In this document: positions 43,911 to 59,783 of the stretch, in pieces
How positions within the stretch are numbered: position 1 is the first letter of the stretch
How the letters are laid out: every line of letters starts with the position of its first letter
Assembly (NCBI RefSeq): GCF_035084215.1
Contig: NW_027139442.1
Location: 11,160,001-11,224,000 of the forward strand
Direction of reading: 5' to 3'
Source: Heptranchias perlo
Taxonomy: Eukaryota
DNA: 64,000 nt
The notes under the pieces: model-generated
The model's input: the letters and a program-made list of their open reading frames with translations, nothing else
Told to the model about the DNA's origin: nothing
The model's database searches: none
Program-made: the position numbers and the translations under genes

Positions 43911-45754
43911 TATATTTATTCTCTCAGATTACATTATGGTGTTCAATATTGTAGCTTTAATATCTCAATGTTTAAATAGTTTTTATCAATATGGATACAC
44001 TTTAGGATTTGATGCTGGAGGTTTTAATCAGATAATTTGTGTGCTTTTTGGACAACTATTAAATCTGTATCTCTGAGTAATATTGTGAATGATAATGTAT
44101 CTTTCAAACTGACATTTTTGAATTGGTATATAATGTGCAGATCAGTCTGCATGAAATGAATTGATACTGCATCTTTAATTTTTGTTTTGTAAGATTTTTG
44201 GACTTGTGTGTCTGTGATACTGTATCATTAAATCTCTTAACATGAGTATATTATAAACTGGTATCTAATGTGTTTCTCAGGTTATACTGTCACAGCATTT
44301 CTCAATCTGATATTGTACATGAGTTTTGGACTTGCAATTTGTATCCGAATGATGCACTATTCGAATGAATAAGGCATGTATTGAACTCACGTGTGTGTGA
44401 GAGTTCTGGGCTCGTATTCAATTTGAATCTCGGGGTATCTGGTATTTAATTCACGGCTAATATTGCCATTTTGTGAAATTGACAATCTGAAAACGAGACT
44501 TTGGACTGGAATTTTTGTATCTACCTGTCAGCGGAACTGAGTTCGGGAGAAATGGAACAGAGTCTGCCTCACCTCCTCTGTTTGGCTGTTGGATTGAAAA
44601 TGTGTCTCTGGAACTTGAGATCAGTGTGGGACTGACTACTTCTGCTGTCTGAGACTGTGGAACTGATGAGCTGTCTGTGTCTCTGTGCTCTGAGAGTGAT
44701 AATGGACATACTGTGTGTGAGAAGGCGCTGGCTGCACTGTTCCTTTGCCTCGGGTGGAGGAAACGTCACATTCAATCTGGCTCGTTCAAGGGTTTGCCTG
44801 TAGAAAGAAACGTATCGCATGTAACTCAAGAACAGGTGAGGTAGAAAATACGTAAGTGATCAGTTTAATAACTGTTAACCCATCAACACATCCAGTGGCA
44901 CATTTGGACAGGGAAACTACTGGCAAACAGGTAAAGAATGGTCTGATTCCGGTCCTACACTTTCACGTGAGGCATCTACACCCCCAGTGTCAATCTAACT
45001 CGGACATCGATACAGGGAGAGGCTCGGGCACGCGTGCAAAGTACAAGAGATGCAAGTTTTCATTTCCGATATAGTATCAGCTTGGCACTGTTGGAAATAT
45101 TTTCATCTCTAATGAACCAGACTTGGATCAAATAAAGTTTGTCTATTTTTCCTCTCCAGTTATTGTGACAGAGGCTGTTTCACTGTAACTCGCACGAATA
45201 GAACTTAAGTGTTTTCGCTCAGCGCTAGAATCAGAAGCAGTGTAAAACTTAGTGTCACATTCACTGCGGTACTCGTCACTGACACAGGAACAGACTGACA
45301 GGGACAGAATAAATCCCTCACTCAGCCAATAATAGACAAATTTCATTCATTGATTCAGCAATCGCTGACACAATAATCAACACATCCGTCACCTTCTGGA
45401 GGACAAATCTGGGTATTGGAAGTCAGACCGAGTAAGTGTTCTGGGAGGATGAGACTGTAAATAACACTTACAATAATGGCCGCAACACAATAGAGTGCCT
45501 CTTGTTGCCGATGATCAAACTCACCTGTAATTTCTGTATTCCACCCTCCCAGTTCAATGAACTGATTATTTTGTGCCTCATTTCCTATTCAATCTGTAAA
45601 TTTCAACCTATTGGAGGTTGGCGACATCTACTGTCCAGAAGCGAGTATTGAACAGATCATTTGTATTCAACAACATATCGTTAGTTTCTAACTAAGCGAT
45701 TTATTATTAAATTAAGCTCTGACTCGCTTCAGCCCTTTCATAGATACAGTGGGT

Positions 45755-45770
45755 GGCTCTGAAAAGAGCC
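45755..45770 (-). terminator. Histone 3' stem-loop (H2A)
   Basis: Minus strand GGCTCTTTTCAGAGCC-ACCCA. Confidence 0.95.
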
Positions 45771-45800
45771 TTTGGGTTACCAGATTAAATCTTGACCGGT

Positions 45801-46250
<450 letters not shown>

Positions 46251-47046
46251 TTATTGACTGAAAGATCATCTGATTGGTTGGGCATTATTACACCTCATTT
46301 GCCTATTTCAATAACCAATCAGATAGCTGGAAATTAGATGAGGGCGGGATTTAACGGCCTCAACGGACAGATCAGGAATTTTATGAATTTCAAAAAACCC
46401 GCCAGTGTCGTAAAGGACCGGATTTAGATCAATGTCGCCCTGAGCACAAGATTTTAAACCCGTTCAATTTATCTTGTCTTATTCAGCGCTACCCGTCACC
46501 AATCGCTGGCGCTGTTTTAAAATCTGCTTTAATTTATGGCTCATTCTATTATCGCTTACAAACTGTACCGGACGGGACTAAAGCCCCATTCACAGCATTC
46601 CGTGAAGTGACACGTTTCAATTCAGTCTTTCTGAAAGTGACACGTTATAGTTTGTTCCCTTCTCACAGAGCCGGGAGTGCTTCTATGAAACGAGGGACCC
46701 GGACGGAATTCTCATTCTGCCCCTATTCCGCTGTGTTTCTGCAAGGGGTGCGTTTGCTTTTAATATGGGGATTTTCACCTCAGACATTAAACATTTCTGA
46801 GATTGAATTCATAGAGATAATGGAATTGCTCCCGGGGTCATTCAGGGTGTGTTCGTGGCTGGAATAGTAACGCTTTAAGAACAAAACGAATGGGAAGGAG
46901 CGGATCAGAAACTCGCGTTCAGTTTATGGGTCAGAAATTTCAACGGTGCAGTTACAGTATCAGTTTTGGATTGGAATAATATCGCGGTATTAAAAGATAC
47001 TAAGCAATTATATAGGAAATGCAGCTCTTTCAGAGAGGTTGTGGGT

Positions 47047-47062
47047 GGCTCTTAAAAGAGCC
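47047..47062 (-). terminator. Histone 3' stem-loop (H2B)
   Basis: Minus strand GGCTCTTTTAAGAGCC-ACCCA, then GAAAGAGCTG downstream element. Confidence 0.95.
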
Positions 47063-47094
47063 GTTGTGGTTTTTTTTCAGTACATTGTGGAGTT

Positions 47095-47469
47095 TTACTT
47101 GGAGCTGGTGTACTTGGTCACCGCCTTTGTCCCTTCCGACACAGCGTGCTTGGCCAGTTCCCCGGGCAGCAGCAGGCGCACGGCGGTCTGGATCTCCCGG
47201 GATCTGATGGTCGCCCGCTTGTTGTAATGGGCCAGGCGGGAAGCCTCACCCGCGATGCGCTCGAAAATATCGTTCACAAAGGAGTTCATGATGCCCATGG
47301 CCTTGGAGGAGATGCCGGTGTCGGGGTGAACCTGCTTCATCACTTTGTAGATATAGATGGAGTAACTCTCCTTCCTCGACTTTCTCCGCTTCTTGCCGCC
47401 CTTGGCTGGTGCTTTACTCAAGGTTTTCTTGGCGCCCTTCTTGGGAGCTGCTTTCTTGTCCTCAGGCAT
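47095..47469 (-). CDS. H2B: Histone H2B, replication-dependent
   Basis: Intact 124-aa ORF; carries KRATIRSRE where the other copies have TISSRE. Confidence 0.95.
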   Translation of the reverse strand: MPEDKKAAPKKGAKKTLSKAPAKGGKKRRKSRKESYSIYIYKVMKQVHPDTGISSKAMGIMNSFVNDIFERIAGEASRLAHYNKRATIRSREIQTAVRLLLPGELAKHAVSEGTKAVTKYTSSK

Positions 47470-48377
47470 TTTCAAACTCAATTTCAGACCCAGAAATGAC
47501 CCAAATCCGCACCGAGCTCGGATTAAATAGGCAGCCCCACAACCCTATGGTAATGAGGGATGGGGGAAGGCAATGATTGTGATTGGGTCACTGAGAGTGA
47601 TGTCGCAATAATTATTCACTGTAACTCTCTGATTGGATACCTGAAGAAACCAATCAGATTTAGAACCTGCCACCAATCACAAACACGCTCACACTGCACA
47701 TTGTTCGGTTTCAGCAATTTGTTCCGAACTGTTGCAGTTCTGCTTCCGGCCAGTAGATGTCCCCAAACCCCGGGTCAATGAAGTTTGCCGATGAGAGAGG
47801 GACAGAAGATAAACTCATTCTTCACAATATCTTGCACGAGTGTGATTTAGAAAAACTGGGAATGGAGACGAGATGCAAATACATTTTGTTAGACCAAGCA
47901 TTGGCTTTAATGCTGTGTTAAATTCTTGTAATTGATTTTGGGATTATAGCCAATACTTCGACAAAATATACTTGCAGAACGGCCGTGTAAATGTGTATTG
48001 AATTTCAATATAGAAAGTTGTGAGCTGGTGCATTTTGTTAGGGGGAATAAAGGAGGCCACATACTGCTTGGAAAATATGATTTTAAATGGGGTAGAGGAG
48101 CAATGTAAATCGTGTCCTGAGAAATCAGAGAGAAATACTGCGCAATGTAAGTGAAAAATAACGGGGTAAATTCACAACTATCGAATGAGTGAAACAAAAA
48201 CTTTATTTTGAATCAATTGTCTTCATTTTGCAATCACAAAACGTGCAAAATTACGAGAGTAGAAGTGACAGACAGAAACTTTCCTCACATTGCACATTGT
48301 CCTGTTTCTGCAACCACGACAGATAATGTGAATTTGTTTTCCGCTCTTTCACAGTTCTCGCCTACGTCCAGTAGAGG

Positions 48378-51300
48378 TCAGTCTCTTGTACTGTGCATGA
48401 GAGCGGGATTTCATCTGTATCTGTCAATCTCTGATACTGTGTGTGTGGGATTCATTCTGCATCTGTCATTCTCTGGTACTGAGTATGAGCATGGTATTTA
48501 TTCTGTATCTCTCAGTCTCTGGCACTACATATGAGTTTAGGATCGTTCTGTATCTGCCAGTCTCTTTCACTGTATATGAGAGAGGGATTAATTCTGTATC
48601 TGCCAGTCTCAGGTACTGTGCATAAGTGTGGAATTAACTCTGTTACTGTCAGTCTCTTGTGCTATCTGTGAGTGTGGGATTCATTCTGCATCTGCCATTC
48701 TCAGCTACTTTATCTCAGTGTGGCATTCATTCTGTAATTCAGTCCCTGAGACAAAGTGCAAATCTGGATTCACTCTGTATTCTTATTTCAGTTCCTAGTA
48801 TTTTACTTGAAACTGTATCTTTAATACTTTAAAGTATATGCAGTTTTTCGTCAAGTATTTAATTTGTAAATATGGATATATTTTTCGATTTTCTTTAATC
48901 AAACATAGTGTGTGGGTTTTGGAGTAGTGTTTCATCTTAATCTCTAAACTCATATGTGAATGATAATGTACCTTTCAATCTGTTCATGGTGAAATTATTG
49001 GACTGGTATGTAATGTGTAGCTCAGATCTGCAATAATGTCTGTGAGTACTGTCTGTGAGTGTGGGATTCATTGTGTTCCTGTCAGTTTCTGGTACTGGGT
49101 GTGAGTGAGCTTAATTTTGTATCTGTCAGTCTCTGGTGCTGTATGTGAATGTGGGATTCATTCTGTATCTGTCAGTCTCTGGTACTGTGTGTGAATGTGG
49201 GATTCATTCTGTATCTGTCAGTCTCTGGTGCTGTGTGTGAGTGTGGGTTTCATTCTGTATCGATCAGTCTCTGGTATTGCATGTGAGTATGAGATTCATT
49301 CTGTGTATGTCAGTCCCTGGTACTGAATGTGAGTGTGGGATTCATTCTGTATCTGTCAGTCCCTGGTACTGAATGTGAGTGTGGGAATCATTCTGTATCT
49401 GTCAGTCCCTGGTACTGTGTGTGAATGAGGGTTTCATTCTGTTCCCCTCAGTGTCAGGCGATATATGTGAGGGAGTCATTCATTCTGCATCTATCAATTT
49501 CTAGTACTGTTTGTGAGTGATATGAATGTTGTCTCCGTCAGTCCGTGCTACAGTGTGCGAGTGTGGGTTTCATTCTGTTTTTCAGTCTCTGGTACTGTGG
49601 AAGTGTGTGATTCATTCTATGTCTGTCAGTCCCTTGTACTGTGTGTGAGTGTCGGATTCATTCGGTATCTGTCAGTCACTGTTACGTTGTGTGAGTGTAG
49701 GATTCATTCTGTATCTGTCAATCACTGGTATATTGTGCGAGTGTGGGTTTCATTCTATTTGTCAGCCTCTGGTACTGTGGGAGTGTGTGATTCATTCCAT
49801 GTCTGTCAGTCCCTTGTGCTGTGTGTGAGTGTCGGATTCATTCGGTATCTGTCAGTCAATGTTACATTGTTTGAGTGTTGGTTTCAATCTGCATCTCAGT
49901 ATCTGGCCCTCTATCTGAGTGTGAGATTCATTCTTTATCTGTATGTAATTTGCATCTCCGTTTACACTATGGTGGTCAAAACTATCTTTAATCCCTCAAT
50001 GTATCAATATTTTTTCCCAGTGTTTAATTGGTAGATAATGATACATTTTAAAATGTAATGTAGGTTATAATCAGAGAATGTGGGCACTTTTTGGACTTCA
50101 ATTAAATCTGTATCGATGGGAAAACAATTGTGAATTAGTTTATCTACCAAAATGATATGGTGACATTTTTGAACTTTTATATCATGTGGAGCTCAGTCTG
50201 CATGAATGGAACACAGTGTATTTCAGTCTGAATCCGTATCAGTTTTTTGTAGTGGTTTATAATGTGTAGATCAGTCTGCACTAATGCAATTGATAATGTA
50301 TCTTTCAATCTGACACTGTGAGATTTTTGGACTGATAAGTATTGTGTAACTCAGACTGCATTAATGTGTGTGACTGTGAGATTCATTCTGTATCTGTCAG
50401 TCCCAAGTACTGTCTGTGAATGTGTGATTCATTCTGTATCTGTCAGGCTCTGGTACTTTGGAAGTATGTGATTCATTCTATATCTGTCAGTCCCTTGTAC
50501 TGTGTGTGAATGTAGGATTCATTCTGTATCTGTCAGTCACTGTTACATTGTGTGAGCGCTGCTTTCCTTCAGGTTGTCAGTCTCTGGCCCTCTATCTGAG
50601 TGTGAGATTCATTCTTTATCTCTATGTAATTTGTATCTCCATTTACAGTATGGTGTTCAAATCTGTATCTTTAATACCTCAATGTATGCATATTTTTCCC
50701 AGTGTTTAATTGGCTGATAATGAAATTCTGTAGAATATAGTCAGAGAATGTGTGCACTTTTGAGAATACTATTAAATCTGTATCGATGTGAACACAATTG
50801 TGCATTAGTTTATCTTCCAAACTGATAAAGTGACATTTTTGAACTTGTATATGACGTGTAGCTTAGTCTGCATGAATGGAATACTGTATATTTCAGAGTG
50901 AATTTGCATCAGTTTTTTGTCGTGGTTTATAATGTGTAGATCAGTCTGCACGAATGGAATTGATACTGTTTCTTTCAATCTGATACTTCTTGGACTGGTA
51001 AGTAATGTGTTACTCAGCCTGCACTAATGTGTGATTCATTTTGTATCTCCCAGTCCCTGGAACAGTGTGTGAGTGTGAGATTCATTCTGTATCTTGTCAG
51101 TAGTGTGTGTGAGTTTGTGATTTATTCCATATATGCAGTCTCTGATACTGTGAGTGTGGGATTTATTCTATGTCTTTCAGTCTCCAGTCTTGTATGTGGG
51201 TGTTGAATTCATTCTATATATGCAGCCTCTCAGACTGCATGTTGGTGTGGGATGCATTCTCTATCTGTCAGTCTCTGGTACTTTGTGTGAGTGTGTGATT

Positions 51301-51585
51301 CATTCTCTATCTGTCAGACTCTGGTACTGTGTGAATGTGGGTGTCATTATTTATCTGTCAGTCTCTAGTACTTTATGAGAGTGAGTAATTAACCAGATAT
51401 CTATCAGTCCTTGGTACTGTATGCCAGTGTGGGATTCAATCTGTATCTGTCATCTCTGGTACCATATGTGAGTGTAGGATTCGCTCTGTGTCTGTCAGTC
51501 TCTAGTATTGTATGTGAGTTTGGGATTCCTTCTGCATCTGTCAGTCTCTGGTACTGTATCTCAGTGTGAGATTCATTCTGTATTT
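48378..51585 (-). repeat. Inverted 46-bp and 82-bp satellite blocks
   Basis: Reverse complements of the units in the left arm, interspersed with shared spacer sequence. Confidence 0.85.
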
Positions 51586-54500
51586 GTATGTAATTATTCT
51601 CTCAGATTGCATTATTGGGTTCAAAATTGTAGCTTTAATATCTTCATGTTTAGGTCATATTTCTCATTATTTAACTGGTAAATATGGGTACACTTTAGGA
51701 TTTGACGCTGTAGGTTTTAATCAGATAATTTGTGTTCTTTTTGAACTACTATTAAATCTGTATCTCTGTAAGTACAATTGTGAATGATAATGTACATTTC
51801 AAATTGATATGGTGACACTTTTCAAATGGTATTTTATGTGCATCTCAGTCTGCACTAATAGAATTGATACTGTATCTATAAATCTCATACTATGAGTGTA
51901 TTATAAACTGATATCTAATTTGTTTCTCAGGTTACACTGTCACAGCATTTCTCAATCTGATACTGTACATGAGTTTTGGACTGGTATGGAATTTGTATCA
52001 CATGATACATGCAATATCCATTCGAATAGTGTATTAAACTCACATGTGTGTGTGAGTTCTGGGCTAGTATTCAATTGGAATCTCAGGGTATATTATTGGG
52101 ATACATTCTATACCTTCCAATCGGGTGCCATGTGTGATTTCGATCTGTGATTTAATTCGTACCTAATGTTGCCCTATTGTGAGATTGACACAGTGCCTTT
52201 CAATCTGATAGTGTGAACTTCGACTGGGATTTTTGTATCTGCCTGTCAACGTGACTCAGCTCGGGGGAAATAGAACAGCGTCTGCCTCACCTGCTCTGTT
52301 TGAATGTTGGATTGAAAAAGTGCCGGTGGAACTTGGGATCAGTGTGGGACTGAGTGCTTCTACTGTCTGAGACTGTGGAACTGATGACCTGTCTGTGCCT
52401 CTGTGTCTCTGTGCGCTGTGTGTGATAATGTACTTACTGTGTGGGAGAAGGAGTTGGCTGCACTGTTCCTTGTGCCTCGAGTGGAGGAAACATAACACTG
52501 ATTCTGGGTCCTTCAAGGATTTGCCTGTCGGAAGAAATTTATCTCTTGTAACTCAAGAACCAGTGAGGTAGAAAATACAAAAGTGTTCGAATTAATATCC
52601 ATGTCAATGATTATTTTGAATATCCACAAATGAAAACCAGTGATACAAACAGTGTCAGTGTCTGACTCCACTGCAGTACTGCAGCACTCAGCTTCTGCAC
52701 ACCACGTGTGTTGGGCAATTTTACAACGATTTAGTGACATCCAGACACAACCCAACCCCTGCACTGATCCATGAATGGGACAACCCGATGGGGCAGGGAC
52801 CTTTGTACAGGTCAGGTTTCTAATCCCCTCTCCCATGGGACTTACCGTTCAAATGAAAGCAAACAGCCGTTGTTTAAAATGTGTCCTTCACACTTCTCAC
52901 CTGGTGCCTGCAATAGATGCTCTTTGTATAACTCCCCGCATCCTTACTGCCCGGCACTGTTTCCACTCTTCACTGTCCAATAACAACAAACAGGGTGAGA
53001 CTGGAACGAAACCAGGAACATTCACGACTGGTTTGGGGAGAGAAAGCAGCAATGATTTGAAATAGCAGGTTCTTCCCATTCTGTCTCCCTTACCCTGGAT
53101 ACACCCTGTACATACACAGCCCGAGAATGGCCTCTCCCTTCCCCCGCTCACTCCATGTTCCGGGACCAGTTCCTGATCCACTCCGCCTCTACCAAACAGC
53201 CCCCGGACTTCCCCTGCCCTTGCTCCGGACTCAATGCCGATCTCTGAGCCCATCTGCGGACACGGTCCCGAAGCGATGAGCTGCTGTAACGAGGCTGCTC
53301 TTTGCTCCCTTCCTCCGGAGGCCGTGATCTCTACAGTCCCGGCTGTTTTGAACGATCTTCTTCCGCTCACTGAGTGAATGGCGCCCACAGGCCGAGCTGG
53401 GGGAGGGAACGCGCATGCGCTCTTCTGCTCACCAACAACCAGCCCTGGGGGCGAGGCTGAGCCGCGCATGCGCAGTTATCTGGTTTAATTCCCAATGCAC
53501 AAATCGATGGAAACTTTCCCCAATTTGAATTTTTCAGAGTCTGAGCAAAGGAAGTGGGGCTGGGGGAAAGGTCAGAGGGAATGGGGTCCACAGGCAGTGC
53601 AGGAACAGGCACCAGAATGGGAAAGAGATGGGATTCCACCAGTGCCTCACGCTGGAATCCAGACTGACTTTACAATCTCTAACTATGAAACTCGATGTTT
53701 CCATCCCTGCTGTTTCTCTCGGTATCTTTTGATGGTAAAGAGCCTTTCATAGATAAAGTGGGCGGGTGATAAATGGCTTTGATTAATTCTTGCACTCTTT
53801 ACTGATAAAACTGAAGCGTGAGGAAGAAGCTGGGGCGGGGGGAGGATTTCTCAAACCAATCCTGGAGAAAAAAGGAGGAAAGAGTGAGTCGATGTGTTTG
53901 TTGGGATCGTGTAGGATTAATATCTGACAGCACTGGTCCCAGATTAATTTAATCAGAATGCAACTCTCGATTACTGAGAGTAATACTGAACGTCCCTGAG
54001 CTGCAAAACAGAATAAAGTACAACAGGCCAGAGAGGGTTAAATGTGGCCCATTGTTTTTGTCACTCTCTGAACTGAGTGTGGGATTAATAGTGTGTCTGC
54101 CTCTGGTGCAATATCAGTGAGAGATGAGAATGCATCTTTTGTCTCTCCAATGGGATCTTTCTGGATAAAACGAAACTTTACAGGTTAGTCTGCAACTGAT
54201 ACTGTGGCACTTTGTCTCTCCGTGTTCTCTCTCACCGTGTCTGTCTCCCTGTCTCCCTCTCTCTGTCTCTCTCTGGTGCTGTATATGAATGTGGGATGCT
54301 GTTATTGAGCTTGATATGAACACACTGATAGGAAGTGTACGACTGTCAGTGTGTGTTTGTCTCTCTGTTGTGCTGGACATGAAGGTGGGATACTGTCTGA
54401 CATAAAACAGAGAGAATGGGTTGTCCGGGCCGGGCCGCAGTGTAACCGGGGATGTGTTCGTCTTCAGTCCCAGTTCATGGTCATTTCTTTTTCACAGATT

Positions 54501-55479
54501 CAGGGTGAGAGTCTCTGTGAGACGGTACCACTAGCGGAGAAACATCGCGTCTCAACTCAAACCCCAACACATGAGATTCTCGAAATCAGCTAGAATGAAG
54601 TGTTTGTAAACTGCTGAACCCGTCCGGGAGGGGATGTGTGGGGAGATAGAATCGGGGGACTCTGGGACTGAAATGGAAGGAGGCGGGTTGACTTGTAATA
54701 GAAGGGACTGTATTTAGGCAGGAATATGACTGACTGTTAATTGTAACGGGGCTTATTTAAAAGCTCCGGGTTTCTGGAAATCCTTGAATATGAAGTCCGA
54801 GTCTGTAAGGGTTTGTCCAGAGCGCTGTGTTTCGGTTCTATTATCGATAAACGGTTTGAAATTGGCGGGTGCAGAAAGCTGGAGGTGGAGCTGGAAGATC
54901 AGAGGCCGCTCTCTGCTCTGTCTGTCACTCTTTCTCCTCCACTCCCGCCCTCTCTGTTTAATCCCTTACATGGAAGCAACGCGGGTAGTTGGACTCTAAA
55001 CACGGTTGACAAGTCAACAAGACGATAGGCGAGTAATGTTTCTGATCTCCTGGGCATCAGTTAATTCACTGTCATTTGTTTCTGTACAGAGTTACATTTC
55101 AGTGATTCCCCAGTGTGTTTGATGCCTTATTTAAATAATCCAACAAAATATAACAGAAACGGAGCGAAGCGCTGAATCCCACAGATGTAGAAAGGTTAGT
55201 CGAACAGTTCTGGTGATGCCTTACGAGCCCAGCATGGCAACTATTTGAAATAAATACAAGAAATCTGGTGATGTGTGGGCTGGGGTTCATAAGTCACCCT
55301 TTAAAGTACCGGACTGTGGTCGGTTCCCCGACTCCAGTCCCATTAATACCCCATCTCGTCTACACCGAGACAAAAGAAGCTCAAAGTAACACTGGTCGCA
55401 TGATATCAGCGTCTCCTTCAGTCAGTAACCAGTCTTTTTACACATTCAGTGGGTGGATCTGAACATGAGCCTTTACATC

Positions 55480-56640
55480 GAGTTACATCGAAACCAAGGT
55501 ACAGAAACAGGCCATTCGGCCGAATTGGTCTGTGACGGTGTTCATGCTCCACGTGAGCCTCCTCCTTCCTTACTTCATCTAACTCTATCACAACACCCTT
55601 CTATTCCTTTCTCCCTCATGTCCTTGTCTATCTTCCCCTTAAATGCCCCTATGTTATTTTCCTCAACGACTCCTTGGGTAGCGAGTTCGACATTCTTCCC
55701 AATCTTTGGGTAAAGCAGTTTCTCCTGAATTCCCTATTGGATTTATTAGCGACTATTTTATATTTATTACCTGAAGTGTTGGACTCCCCACAAGTGGAAT
55801 CATTTTCCCTGCGTCTCCCCTTTCAAACCTTATCATTATCTTAAAGACTTCTATCAGGTCAACCCTCAGCCTTCTCTTTTCTAGTGAAATGAGCCCCAGC
55901 CTGTTCAACATTTCCTGATAAGAATATCCTCTCATTTCTGGTATCATCTTTTTGAATCTTTTTTGCACCTTCTCCGATCCCTCTACGTCCTTTCTATAAC
56001 ATGGAGACCAGAACTGTGCATGATACTCCAAGTGTGGTCTAACCAAGGTCCCATACAATTTAACATAACTTCTTTGTTTTCAAATCTATCCCTCTCGAAA
56101 TGAATCTTAGTGTTTGATTTGTCTTTTATGACCTTATTGAGCTGCGTCGCTACTTCTTGTAATTTTTATATCTGTACCCCTAGATCCATTTGCCACTCTA
56201 TCCCGTTGTGACTCCTATTACCAAATCAGTGTGTGACCTCCTTATTCTTCATTCTGCAAGTTTATTAATGTCCTCTTGCAATTTGCTACATTCTTCATTT
56301 GTATCAAATACATCCCCCAATTAGGTGTCGTCCACAAATTTTGAAATTGTACTTCCGATTCCCGTATCCAAATTGTTGATGTAAATTGTGAAGAACAATG
56401 GTCCCAGCAACCGGAACACCACTTCCCACCTTTTGCCAATCTGAGTAGCGACCCTTCACCTCTATTCTCGGTTTTCTGCTTTGTAGCCAGCTGACTATCC
56501 ATTCTACCACCTGTCCCCTGACTCCACGTCCTCTGAAATTAGTCATGAGTTTACAATGCGGTACCTTATCGAAGGCCTTCGGAAAATCCAAATATATTCA
56601 ATCTACTGCTTTAAACTTTTATTCACTTTCTGTTCCTTCT
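55480..56640 (-). mobile_element. Old CR1 LINE, RT region to 3' UTR
   Basis: ORFs 56304-56591 (DFPKAFDKVPH) and 55753-56058 (LVRPHLEYHAQFWSP); 3' UTR motif ACAGAAACAGGCCATTCGGCC. Confidence 0.88.
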
Positions 56641-56700
56641 TCAAAGATTTCAATAAGGTTGGTCCTGTCCTTTCTGTTATCAGTTTAAATCTTGGCCGCT

Positions 56701-57084
<384 letters not shown>

Positions 57085-57620
57085 TTCCACAATCTCACAA
57101 ATACGTTCATGCAGAATAAAGAACTCTCCTGCTCTCGCCCTTCTTATACCTTCTGGAGGAGTACAGTGGGGGCATTTGTAGTGGGTCTCTCTCAGAGTGT
57201 TTACACTGTCCGCTCACCCTCACTGATATTCTATCTTTCAACTGCTGTAATATTGTCCTTTATCAATATTGCTGCTCTCCCTCCTTTCCCTACTTCTCTG
57301 TCCTTTCTAAAGATCTTATAGACTTGAATATTAAGCAGCCAGTCATGCCCAGCTGGTAGTCCGGTCTCCGTAATCATTTAATGTAATTATTCAACCTCAC
57401 GAAATGGGTGATGCGGCCGAAAAACGTGAAGGATTACTGGATAGTGTGTCACTTCCATTGGTTGGGGGGTTTGCGACATCTACTGGGCGGAGACGTGAAC
57501 TGCAAAAGAGCGAGAAATGGTCAGTCAGAAACCGGTTCAAATAAAGAACAAAATCCAACAGCTTGCAGTGTCTGTTCAGGGTCTGATGTTTATCAACTAT
57601 TTTATGATGATGGATGGTCA

Positions 57621-57692
57621 GCGATGGTGGTATATAGGTGAGCATAGTTGCCTTCCAAGAAATTGATTCGGGTTCGATTCCCGGCCATCGCA
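57621..57692 (+). pseudogene. tRNA-Gly(TCC) pseudogene
   Basis: GCGATGGTGGTATATAGGTGAGCATAGTTGCCTTCCAAGAAATTGATTCGGGTTCGATTCCCGGCCATCGCA: anticodon stem broken, B box intact. Confidence 0.85.
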
Positions 57693-57884
57693 ATTAAGTG
57701 TTCTCATTACTTTATTTCGTTCAGAAACTCTTAAGTTTGCAATTGAATTTGATGCAGTTCAGTTGGATATTGTTTCCAAAACATCAACGAGTGTAGTTAT
57801 AGTAAAATGATTTCAGCCTTCATTTATTTTCCCTATAGAAGGAATAGAGGAAAAACATGCCGGAAATAGTGAGCTGTAAAGGGT

Positions 57885-59040
57885 CCAATGAGAGTTAGGA
57901 AGGCAAATGATATGGTAGCCTTTATTGTAAGGGTTTTGGAATATAAGATTAAGGAGGTCTTGCTGCAATTTCAGTATGAGAAAATATTGTGCAAAATTGG
58001 CCTGTATTCTGTGGAGTTTAGAAGAATGAGAGGTGATCTCATTGAAATGTGTAACATTCTTAGACGGCTTGACAGGGTAGATGCTGAGAGTCTGAATCCC
58101 CTGGCTGGAGAGTCAAGAACTGGAACTCAGTCACAAGATAAGGGGTCGGCCATTTAGGACCGACATGAGAAAAATTTCTGCACTCAAAGGGTTGTGAATC
58201 TTTGGAATTCTCTACCCCAGAGGGCTGTGGATGCTCAGTTGTTGAGCATATTCAAAGCTGAGATCGATAGATTTTTGGACCCGAGGGGAATCAAGGGATA
58301 TGGGGATCGGGAGGGAAAGTGGAGTTGAGGTCGAAGATCAGCCCTGATCTGATTGAATGGCGGAGTGGGCTCCTGGGGCCGTATGGCCGACACCTGCTCC
58401 TATTTCATACGTTCTTATGTAGAGAGCCTTATATCCAAGTGTGCTAATGACACTAAGTTAGGTGGCATAATTAACATTGTAGATAGGAGCAGAAAGTTGC
58501 AAAGGGACATTGATAGATTCAGTGAGTGGGTGAAACTGTGGCAGATGGAGTTCAACGTGGGTAAGTGTGAGATCATCCACTTTGGACCATAAAAAGATAG
58601 ATCAGAGTATTTTCTAAATGCGGAAAATCTAGGAACTGTGAGGGAGGAGAGAGATTTGGGGAACATGTACAGAATTCACTAAAAATGCAAAAAAAAGTTA
58701 AAATGGTAATGGAATTTTGATTTTTATCTCAAGGGATCCGGAATAAAAAGGAGTGGAAGTTATGTCACAGTTATACAGAGCTCTGGTTAGACCTCATTTA
58801 AAGTAATGTATTCAGTTCAGGGCACCGCACCTCTGGCAGGATAAGAACAGATGAAATATGAGCCGCAGTAGGCCTTACGGCCCCTCGAGCCTGCTCCGCC
58901 ATTCAATAGATCATGGCTGATTTTGTACCTCCACACCACTTTACTGCCCGATCCCCATATCCCTTGATTTCCTTGTCCAAAAATCTATCAAACTCAATCT
59001 TGAATACACTAAACGACTGAACATCCACAACCTCTGGGGT
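57885..59040. mobile_element. Cluster of old CR1 fragments
   Basis: ORFs 57888-58157 and 58353-58592 (ISKCANDTKLGG..WQMEFNVGKCEIIHFG); a minus-strand 3' UTR fragment at ~58845-59040. Confidence 0.82.
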
Positions 59041-59041
59041 G

Positions 59042-59783
<742 letters not shown>

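Noticed and set aside
49513-50034. Cys/Val/Ser-rich ORFs in satellite DNA (also 15579-16061, 42973-43248)
   Set aside because: Translations of the 46-bp and 82-bp repeats, whose lengths are not multiples of three.
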